Shown: piece after piece, positions 1-6,615 of the stretch
Layout: every line of letters begins with the position of its first letter
Numbering within the stretch: position 1 is the first letter of the stretch
Virus record (IMG/VR): IMGVR_UViG_3300027861_000125
Location: 1 to 32,309 of that record
Source: a virus
Taxonomy: Duplodnaviria; Caudoviricetes
Reading direction: 5' to 3' (one strand)
Length of the DNA stretch: 32,309 bases
Translations under genes and position numbers: made by a program
The notes under the pieces: generated by a model
Told to the model about the DNA's origin: nothing
What the model saw: only the letters and a program-made list of their open reading frames with translations
Database searches by the model: none

Positions 1-18
1 GACTAACCTGTCCCCATA

Positions 19-75
19 CCGTCCCAGGCCGTCCCAGGCCGTCCCAGGCCGTCCCAGGCCGTCCCAGGCCGTCCC
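19..75. repeat. 10-bp tandem repeat (GTCCCAGGCC) x5 plus partial copy; candidate origin iterons
   Basis: Five perfect copies at 21-70, followed by AT-rich ATATAGATATAGATGTAGATGTA (89-111). Confidence 0.9.
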
Positions 76-188
76 CAAAAGTCTTACCATATAGATATAG
101 ATGTAGATGTACTTAACACCTCCTCCTCCCTCAATCGCTGTTGTTTGTGGGAGGAGGAGGAGGAGTCATCCTTGCAAGAGAGAAACCC

Positions 189-710
189 ATGAATGAAACG
201 AAAACGAAAGAAGGCGCATTTACCAAGTCAACCGCATGGGCCTGGTTTGCTGTTGCGGTTGCTGACATCGAGTTGGGCGGGTCTGGCCCTGCCCGAGCTT
301 TCGGTCACGCTTGGGCAGAGGCCACCCGCCAGGACGCCTTGGAGCGCCCTTGGAGGGAGTGGGTTCAGGGCGTGGTCAAGGTGTGTCAGCACAGGGCAGC
401 CTCCCCCGCTGGTCTCCTCATGTCCATGCTTCAAGACGGGTCCAGCGCCGACCTTTCAGCCGTGTCTCCCGAGGTGTTGCGTCAGGAGGCCCGAGAAGCC
501 GCCTGGGAGGTTGCCAGAGCCGAGCAATCCCGGCTTGAGAAAAGGTATGCGGGCAAGGGCTGGCTCCCGCTGAGGGCCCTCACAGAGGCCCACCGCGAGG
601 GAATGGATGTTCATGGCCTGTGTCGTGCCTGGGACGAGGCTGGCCGCCCGGCGGCAGAGGATTTTGCTTGGCCTGGGTGGCAGCAGATTTTGAGTCGCGT
701 GCTCCGATGA
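189..710 (+). CDS. Hypothetical protein
   Basis: ATG at 189 (MNETKTK). Its stop overlaps the next ATG (ATGA at 707-710). The track start at 141 is probably too early. Confidence 0.65.
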   Translation: MNETKTKEGAFTKSTAWAWFAVAVADIELGGSGPARAFGHAWAEATRQDALERPWREWVQGVVKVCQHRAASPAGLLMSMLQDGSSADLSAVSPEVLRQEAREAAWEVARAEQSRLEKRYAGKGWLPLRALTEAHREGMDVHGLCRAWDEAGRPAAEDFAWPGWQQILSRVLR

Positions 711-934
711 GGCCCTATGCCGTTTGGCGATGTCAGCGTTGTCGCCATCTGATCGCCCGTGACCGTCTGGCTCCGGCCAACCCAGGGCGGTGTCGAGGTC
801 TCTGCGGGGGCGAGTATGAGGCTGCCGCCCTGGAGGACCCGGAGATGGCCCCTTGGGGCGAGGGCGAGGAGAGTGCCCGCGAAATTGCGGCCTTGAGGAG
901 ATGTTACAGCGTTGAGTTGCAGGAAGTCCGTTAG
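707..934 (+). CDS. Small zinc-ribbon-like protein
   Basis: ATGA-coupled start at 707; WRCQRC...CRGLCGG cysteine pairs. Confidence 0.65.
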   Translation: MRPYAVWRCQRCRHLIARDRLAPANPGRCRGLCGGEYEAAALEDPEMAPWGEGEESAREIAALRRCYSVELQEVR

Positions 935-1571
935 GCATTTTGGGGCGGCCCTGGGCATCCACGACGGGTTTTTGGGTGCGGCCAGCTCCGAAGCTCTCCG
1001 GGGGCACGCCTTGGGTTGCGTCTACCAGGATACCGTACACGAAGGCAAGGTGTACAGCGGTGTGTCCGACACGACAGGCACCGAGATTGAGGCCACGCTT
1101 TCGCTCGCCATCGCGGGCGTAAGGGCCGCAGCCGTGACACCCATCACATCTTTTTTTCGCCTGGCCGGTGAGGACATCTCTACAGGCCAGGGTAGTGCGT
1201 TTCGGGTACATACAGACCAGGGCATTGCCGCGTGGACCTGTGTGTACTATTTGGCTCCGCCTGGTCTGGAGAGGGGCGGAACAGCCTTTTGGTCGCCGCT
1301 AGGCGGCGGGCCGGTTTCCGAGGATGGATACACGGACCCACTCCTTTGGCGCCGAGATATGGTAGTGAGCATGGCGTTTGACCGGGCCGTGATCTTCCGG
1401 GCGGCCTGGGCGCACTCTGCCGACCCGCTGCGGGGCTGGGGCCGCTCTCCCGAGGAGGCACGCCTAGCCTGGTGCTGTTTTTTCGACCACCCCCACCACT
1501 CCCACCACCCCCATGAGGCACCGATTCCAGAGCAACCAGAGCAACAAGTATGGGGTGGGCCCAAAGGCTAG
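912..1571 (+). CDS. 2OG-Fe(II) oxygenase superfamily protein (DUF6445-like)
   Basis: HTD (HxD), CVYYL, GGTAFW, FDRAVIF, AHS and ARL give the facial triad plus the 2OG-binding Arg. Start uncertain. Confidence 0.8.
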   Translation: MSCRKSVRHFGAALGIHDGFLGAASSEALRGHALGCVYQDTVHEGKVYSGVSDTTGTEIEATLSLAIAGVRAAAVTPITSFFRLAGEDISTGQGSAFRVHTDQGIAAWTCVYYLAPPGLERGGTAFWSPLGGGPVSEDGYTDPLLWRRDMVVSMAFDRAVIFRAAWAHSADPLRGWGRSPEEARLAWCCFFDHPHHSHHPHEAPIPEQPEQQVWGGPKG

Positions 1572-1860
1572 GCGCACCCGGGGCGCGATTGTCTTCGATT
1601 CGATTTTGGAGGCGACCGTCTACGATGACCTGGTAGTGAGGTGTAGAGACGGGGGCGATGTGTTGTTTTTTCTGCGCCAGACGCGCATCGACCTCCCTGG
1701 CAACACCAAATATGTAGCCGACTTCCTGGTCTTTTTTCGCAGCGGGGAGGCCGAGTTTTGGGACGCCAAAGGGATGCGGACGCCAGCATACATTCGCTCG
1801 AAAAAACAGGTAGAAGACCTCTACCCTATCACCATCCGTGAAATCACAAGCCAGCGGTAA
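1513..1860 (+). CDS. DUF1064-like PD-(D/E)xK endonuclease
   Basis: NKYG, FDSILEA, YVADF and WDAKGMRT motifs. Confidence 0.85.
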   Translation: MRHRFQSNQSNKYGVGPKARRTRGAIVFDSILEATVYDDLVVRCRDGGDVLFFLRQTRIDLPGNTKYVADFLVFFRSGEAEFWDAKGMRTPAYIRSKKQVEDLYPITIREITSQR

Positions 1861-1925
1861 ACCGTGGGGAGTCTATTAGGGATGACGAGGAGGGACCGTG
1901 GGGGGGTCTATCTTGGAAATCTTTG

Positions 1926-2250
1926 GATTATATGACACAACCCTCTCTGTGGTCATCGCCAAGAGGGGTTGCGTCATAATCACCGTCGGGCAGGTCCTTC
2001 AGAACGCACCTCTTGGACGGTGGGGCACCAGCCGTACCGACTCAGGTGCTTCCCGGAAGGGCGATCGTGGCCTGCGCTGGGACAACGGCGTTCCCTAAGC
2101 ATCGCTGCGCCCAGGGCGAATGCGATGTCGGGGGTGAATAGGACCTCCGGCCGGCAATCGCTAAGTGCCCGCTCTGGCAGAGGGTTACGGCAGCCAATTG
2201 CCGATCGGAAAAAGGGAGGCGCCCAGGGAGAGAGGGGCCTGGGCGCCAGG
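1926..2250 (+). ncRNA. Putative structured non-coding RNA, family unassigned
   Basis: About nine back-to-back stem-loops in the gap between convergent genes; most wobble pairs read as G-U on the + strand. Confidence 0.45.
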
Positions 2251-2260
2251 CAGAGAGGCG

Positions 2261-2560
2261 TTAGACCGCCTCCCCGCGAACCTTCCTAGCCTCGTCGCGG
2301 CTGGCGTTTACTTTTCGGGCGGCCATGACAGCGGAGCCTTTGGCTGTACCGGCCACAGCCGTTAGGGCACCGGCACCCCACAACAACAATTCGAGGGGGT
2401 TGCTCGGGTTGGGCGCTGGGTTGCTGGCAACATAATCGCCTCCGCGATGAATCCCCTCCGCCAGCCGCGCCTGTGCGGTGTCTGGCCCAGAAAGGGGGGC
2501 CACGCACCCAACCGCCGCCGCTAGGGCGCCAAAAACCAAAAACTGTGTTGCTCGTTTCAT
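2261..2560 (-). CDS. Small lipoprotein with a second hydrophobic segment (possibly lysis or exclusion)
   Basis: ATG at 2560: MKRATQFLVFGALAAAVGC is a basic N-terminus, hydrophobic core and lipobox Cys. LLLWGAGALTAVAG lies near the C-terminus, followed by a basic tail. Confidence 0.7.
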   Translation of the reverse strand: MKRATQFLVFGALAAAVGCVAPLSGPDTAQARLAEGIHRGGDYVASNPAPNPSNPLELLLWGAGALTAVAGTAKGSAVMAARKVNASRDEARKVRGEAV

Positions 2561-2570
2561 GTTTTCCGGG

Positions 2571-3017
2571 TCAAAGACCAAATGCCTGTCGCTCCAGAGA
2601 TATGATACGGGCCTGGGTGGCGGCGTGCAAGGCCAATGATTTTGCCGCCTGGCCCCGGGCCTCCGTTGCCTCGGCATCAAGTCGGTCTAGCTCATGCTGG
2701 AGCGCCCCCATGGATAGGGCCACAAACCCAACTAACACGGTAACGGCGAGCCCCAGCCCACCTAAAATTGCCGCAACCAACGGATAATTGGTCCGCGACT
2801 GGGCCGCGATGTCTCGGGCGAGGCGGTCATGCGAGTCCCGAAGGTCTGCGTGTAGTTGTTGGCTGGAGCGCCGCGCCTCGGTGGATGTCTCGCCCAGGGC
2901 TACGGTCAAGCCCTCCATGTGCCGCGTAAGGGTTTCGAGCCCGGCCTCAAGAGCGGACACCCGCGAGTCCACCCGGGCAGGGTCAAACCTTCTTTCGTTT
3001 TGGGGGCCCTCGCTCAT
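2571..3017 (-). CDS. Single-pass membrane coiled-coil protein (possibly holin-like)
   Basis: Heptad-rich helices flank the TM segment LVAAILGGLGLAVTVLVGFVALSM. Confidence 0.7.
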   Translation of the reverse strand: MSEGPQNERRFDPARVDSRVSALEAGLETLTRHMEGLTVALGETSTEARRSSQQLHADLRDSHDRLARDIAAQSRTNYPLVAAILGGLGLAVTVLVGFVALSMGALQHELDRLDAEATEARGQAAKSLALHAATQARIISLERQAFGL

Positions 3018-3033
3018 GGGGGGCCAACCCTAG

Positions 3034-3327
3034 TCAACCTCCTCCTGCCTCACAATGGGCCGAGGAAAAACCCGAGGGGGCGGCGGCTTCCCACGACCGC
3101 ACCCACAGCGAGTCGCCCCCAGGGAGGGCGCCCGGCACGCTGACCCGAAGTTGCCATTTGCCAAACCTCTGATCGGCCTCCAGAACCTCCATCCAGATGC
3201 GTACTCCGGGGCGCCGGGGCCAGGCGACCAATACGAGCGTGCCGACAAGGCCGTGCAGGGCTAGATATGCGTCTAGCAATGTTCCACCGGGCACCGGCGC
3301 ACCCTCACCGGCTACCTGGCCGCTCAA
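3034..3327 (-). CDS. Hypothetical protein
   Basis: Start overlaps the upstream stop by 4 nt and the ORF fills the minus-strand operon. Confidence 0.55.
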   Translation of the reverse strand: MSGQVAGEGAPVPGGTLLDAYLALHGLVGTLVLVAWPRRPGVRIWMEVLEADQRFGKWQLRVSVPGALPGGDSLWVRSWEAAAPSGFSSAHCEAGGG

Positions 3328-3602
3328 AGTTGCTCCGCCGCCCCGAAGGGAGTCTTGTCCACAACCAAGTGTTCCAGGTGCTGCACGGCGGCCTCCAACC
3401 TCTCGGCCAAAACCAAGTGTTCCAGGTGCTGCTGTTCCAGGTGCTGCACGGCGGCCTCCAACCTCTCGGCCAAGCCCAGGGCCTCGGAAAAACGGCCAGG
3501 TGTGCCGGAGAGCGCGTCAACCATCGCGGCAGGGACGGGGGCCAGGTGGCTGCGTAGACATTTAGGGCAAGTTGCGGGCACGGAAAGCTCGGGTCTATTC
3601 AT
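3324..3602 (-). CDS. Hypothetical protein with CxxC and an internal duplication
   Basis: ATG at 3602 (MNRPEL), TCPKC, LAERLEAAVQHLE present twice. Confidence 0.6.
   Translation of the reverse strand: MNRPELSVPATCPKCLRSHLAPVPAAMVDALSGTPGRFSEALGLAERLEAAVQHLEQQHLEHLVLAERLEAAVQHLEHLVVDKTPFGAAEQL
3363..3473. repeat. In-frame 48-bp tandem duplication with a nested 15-bp duplication
   Basis: Copy 1 at 3363-3410; copy 2 at 3411-3473 carries 15 extra bp. Confidence 0.9.
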
Positions 3603-3698
3603 GGCGGTCACTCTTGGTTTCGGGTTTCTGGGGTTTGGGGCGGCAGGCCACAGCCAGCCACCCGAGGCAAAAAAAGTAGCAGGCGACCTCAACGAGGA

Positions 3699-4034
3699 TC
3701 ACGCCCCACACCTGTCGAGCAGGGCTCCCTCAAGCTCGCTCTCCCAGGCGGCGGCAACATAGCGGCGCACGATGGCGGGCATGGATTCGGTGATGCGAAT
3801 CAGGGCCTCTACCATCGAAATCACCCCATCAGACCAGCCGCGGTGTCCGCCCATGTCATAGATGATGCCCGTGCCCAAAAACTCGTCGGCGTCATCTATG
3901 TCTATCTCGGTGACGCCTACTTCCCAACTCGGAGGACTCCCGCCGCAGCCGTAGCTGGGGTAGGGCTGGCCGGGGTCGTACTCGACATCGCCGTCTACCA
4001 GCAGGCCGCAGTATCGTGTTTGCACCTGGCTCAT
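3699..4034 (-). CDS. Hypothetical acidic protein
   Basis: ATG at 4034 overlaps the upstream TGA; AGGAGGT Shine-Dalgarno at 4047-4041. Confidence 0.75.
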   Translation of the reverse strand: MSQVQTRYCGLLVDGDVEYDPGQPYPSYGCGGSPPSWEVGVTEIDIDDADEFLGTGIIYDMGGHRGWSDGVISMVEALIRITESMPAIVRRYVAAAWESELEGALLDRCGA

Positions 4035-4315
4035 GCCTGTACCTCCTCGTCGGCATCGTCGTAGTATCTCGCCTGGAGCTTCGTGACGAAGCGGTCGCGG
4101 TTGTCTGTGTCTAGCCCCGCCCAGAATGTCAGCGGGCACCTCGCCCATCGCTTCTCCTTTTCAGCAGCGTACTCAGGCGAGGTGTTGTATATGTCATCGC
4201 CGTAGGCCATCCGCACGGCACTTTCCGAGGGGTGAGAGTGGCGTTGCCAGGTCAGCGCCAGGATTGCGGCCTGCCATTCTCTAGTTGAGTGGCCTGTTGT
4301 TTTCTTGATGTTCAT
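4031..4315 (-). CDS. Hypothetical protein
   Basis: ATG with AGGAGA Shine-Dalgarno; translationally coupled to the next gene. Confidence 0.75.
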   Translation of the reverse strand: MNIKKTTGHSTREWQAAILALTWQRHSHPSESAVRMAYGDDIYNTSPEYAAEKEKRWARCPLTFWAGLDTDNRDRFVTKLQARYYDDADEEVQA

Positions 4316-4403
4316 GGTTCTGTCTCCTATTGGTTGGTGTTGGTGTTGGTGCCATCGGAGTTGGTGCCATCGGAGTTGTGGCCGATCTGGCTGCCAGCTT
4401 TAC

Positions 4404-4423
4404 CGGGGGGCTTCGGCCCCCCG
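4404..4423. terminator. Strong GC hairpin (terminator or RNA-stability element)
   Basis: CGGGGGGC-TTCG-GCCCCCCG just downstream of ORF 4441-4845. No clear U-tract on either strand. Confidence 0.45.
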
Positions 4424-4440
4424 TCACTCAGCTTCGTCGG

Positions 4441-4845
4441 TTAGCGGGCGCGGCGCTGCCTGGCCCCACGCTCGTTCCAGAGCCGGATGGCTTCCTCGTC
4501 CTCGGGTATATGTTCCTGAGAGCTATACCCCGCAGGAAGCCGCTCGATAAAGCGATAAACAGACTCGTCGGTGGGATGAGCCAACAGGCTGGCCCGGTCA
4601 GCCGCGTACTCGGACATCAACGCCTCAAGGCCAGCCTGGATCGCGTAGGCCAGAGCGCGGGTCGGCACCTCGGCCACCACCCTCTCTCTGCCGTCCAGCG
4701 TCTCTACGACCGCGAAGCCGTCGAGGGAGGGGAACATCGCCGCGCAGGGCCTCGGCCAGAGGGATGGCACGGCCAGCACCCTGTACCGTGTGCTCGCCAA
4801 GGGGTTCTGGGTTTCGGTATTCATGATCTTGATTTTGTTTTTCAT
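4441..4845 (-). CDS. Hypothetical protein with mosaic segments matching late genes
   Basis: First ORF of the leftward block, start at 4845 or 4824. See findings for the matched segments. Confidence 0.6.
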   Translation of the reverse strand: MKNKIKIMNTETQNPLASTRYRVLAVPSLWPRPCAAMFPSLDGFAVVETLDGRERVVAEVPTRALAYAIQAGLEALMSEYAADRASLLAHPTDESVYRFIERLPAGYSSQEHIPEDEEAIRLWNERGARQRRAR

Positions 4846-4942
4846 AGTTGGTGTTGTGACCACAGTTGTGGTCGTAGTTGCGACCATAGGAGGATGGCAC
4901 AAAAAACAGGGGTTTGGCATAGAGTCTTGGAAATATTGGGGT

Positions 4943-5014
4943 TGCTATTGAGAACCCATTATCAGTAGTGGCCAAACGGCGGGTGAAGATGCTATTGAGA
5001 ATCCATTATCAATA
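4943..5014. promoter_or_regulatory. Two 25-bp direct repeats, each an imperfect palindrome (operator-like)
   Basis: TGCTATTGAGAACCCATTATCAGTA (4943-4967) and TGCTATTGAGAATCCATTATCAATA (4990-5014) lie between divergent gene blocks. Confidence 0.7.
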
Positions 5015-5021
5015 AAGGGCG

Positions 5022-5030
5022 TGCTAGTAT
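5022..5030 (+). promoter_or_regulatory. Extended -10 element, probably giving a leaderless terS transcript
   Basis: TG-C-TAGTAT ends 6 nt before ATG 5037; no Shine-Dalgarno. Confidence 0.4.
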
Positions 5031-5036
5031 GGTGTG

Positions 5037-5723
5037 ATGCCTGCCCCCGCCCTCCCTGCTGCCTCCCCGCCCGAGTCGGTCGCCGCCATCTACTGCACCT
5101 CGCTGGAGGCTCACGGGGATCGGTCCCGTGCGGCCGAGGCTGCTGGCCTCACGCCCGCACAGGTGAGATACAGGCTTAGTCGAGACGGTGCGTGGGCCGC
5201 CCAGGTGGCAGACGCCTGGCACAACTACCGCTCGGGGCTGGCCGCCAGGGTATCGGCCAGGGTGCTGGCCGTGGCCCTCGACGGCGTGGCCGAAACGCTG
5301 ACCTATCGAGGCCGCATTACCTACGAGGTCGCCAGGCACTCGGACGGCCAGCCCATCATGGATCCAGCCCGAGACGCTGACGGGCAGCCCATCATGGCTG
5401 GTGGGTCCAGGGCCCCGGGGCCGCAGTATGTTGAGCGCCTGGCGCTCGACGCATCTGGGCAGCCCATCCCGGTGATCGTGCGGCGTTACCCCGAGGCTAC
5501 CACCCTACGCCTAGCTGAGGCGCTGGGCGTGTTGGCACCAGCAGACAGCGGCGCCAGCGCCCCAGACCCCCACATGGTACTACTTGACGCGGCCGGTCGG
5601 CGGTGCTCTATTGCTGACCTGTTGCAGGCCAGGTACACGGCCACGGCCACCCCACCCCAATCCGCCAATGACACTAACGATAGCCCTGATCGCTCTCGGC
5701 CTCTCCGTAGCAGCCATCCATAG
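5037..5723 (+). CDS. terS: Terminase small subunit
   Basis: N-terminal HTH (GDRSRAAEAAGLTPAQVRYRL), helical hairpin and ALDGVAETLTYRG...VRRY pattern typical of TerS. Enlarged loop with DGQPI repeats. Confidence 0.7.
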   Translation: MPAPALPAASPPESVAAIYCTSLEAHGDRSRAAEAAGLTPAQVRYRLSRDGAWAAQVADAWHNYRSGLAARVSARVLAVALDGVAETLTYRGRITYEVARHSDGQPIMDPARDADGQPIMAGGSRAPGPQYVERLALDASGQPIPVIVRRYPEATTLRLAEALGVLAPADSGASAPDPHMVLLDAAGRRCSIADLLQARYTATATPPQSANDTNDSPDRSRPLRSSHP

Positions 5724-5747
5724 GCAGATCCGCCGGGGCAACCTCTA

Positions 5748-6608
5748 GTGCCCTCTGTCATCCGGGGGGTGCCCATCCTGGCGCTAGACGGCACCAGGAG
5801 CATTGAGTGTGAGAGCCAGTACACCCTGGTGTACCTGCTGCGGCGCCTGGACTCGGCAAACCTGGATGCGGGAGCTGTGTCGCTGGCAGCCTACGACACA
5901 GCCAACCTCAACCACGGAGGTGGCTCCGGTCCACAGCCCAACGGCACAGGATACCGATGCAGTCTCCGTGAGACTCCAGGTGCGGCTGCCACGCTGGTAG
6001 TGGCTACCGTGGCCCAAAACGGCGTGCGAGCAGAGCGCCAACTGTCTTTCACCGGCGCCCCGCTGGAGGGCGAGACGGTCACCATCACCTACCCTGACCT
6101 GTCCGACACATCTGTCGCGCCGCCCACGATCACGCGCCTCTACACCTACAGGGCCGTGCCAGCACAAGCCGGGGATCTGCTGATCGGGTCAGCGGCGGTA
6201 TCAGCCGCCACCCTGCTGCGTGCGATCAACGGCACCTCTGACTACGGAGACCCCGCCGTGTACCACGGCACAGAGCCTTGCCGCGAGTTGATCGCCGTTG
6301 CCGGCACGGCGGGCGGCGACATACACCTGGAGGCCCGCGATGGCGGCGTTTGGGGTAACAATGTTGGGATCGCGGAAACTCTCAGCAACGGGGCCTGGTC
6401 TGGCGGCGCGACCACTCTCGATGGAGGCACGGGCACCCGTGGTCTCACTCTCTCCATCGCCTACTCGCTTCTGAGCAATGACCTGGTGCTCTCCGGGGTT
6501 TCGCGTGCAGTACACTATGACATCATGGGTATGGATACTGCGGGTGCGCCCACCAAGTTGATCGCTGGGCCAGCAACCCTGTACGCATCCTCCACAGAGA
6601 CCGCGTGA
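5748..6608 (+). CDS. Putative virion structural protein
   Basis: Gly/Thr/Ala-rich beta-type sequence; GETVTI...LLRAING...LDGG module. Confidence 0.6.
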   Translation: MPSVIRGVPILALDGTRSIECESQYTLVYLLRRLDSANLDAGAVSLAAYDTANLNHGGGSGPQPNGTGYRCSLRETPGAAATLVVATVAQNGVRAERQLSFTGAPLEGETVTITYPDLSDTSVAPPTITRLYTYRAVPAQAGDLLIGSAAVSAATLLRAINGTSDYGDPAVYHGTEPCRELIAVAGTAGGDIHLEARDGGVWGNNVGIAETLSNGAWSGGATTLDGGTGTRGLTLSIAYSLLSNDLVLSGVSRAVHYDIMGMDTAGAPTKLIAGPATLYASSTETA

Positions 6609-6615
6609 GGCGGGG

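Noticed and set aside
1861-2260. tRNA, tmRNA or RNase P RNA
   Set aside because: No T-loop GTTCRA with acceptor stem and no GAGGAAAGTCC motif seen.
3788-3807. 17/18 reverse-complement match to nozzle 18548-18565 (ALIRIT vs ALIRVT), plus several 11-12 bp matches
   Set aside because: Too short to separate from chance in a GC-rich 32 kb window without computation.
4345-4378. 15-bp tandem duplication GTTGGTGCCATCGGA x2
   Set aside because: Real, but only two intergenic copies with no functional clue; counted only as part of the general slippage pattern.
4605-4783. CRISPR mini-array with self-targeting spacers
   Set aside because: The matched pieces are spacer-sized, but no direct repeats separate them and no cas gene is present.
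4441-4845. Diversity-generating retroelement TR/VR pair
   Set aside because: Matches are under 40 bp, mismatches on the coding strand are not at adenines, and no reverse transcriptase is in the window.
4330-4968. 212-aa + strand ORF and 116-aa minus ORF 4625-4975
   Set aside because: No good start context, and they overlap the more protein-like minus ORF 4441-4845. Not fully excluded.
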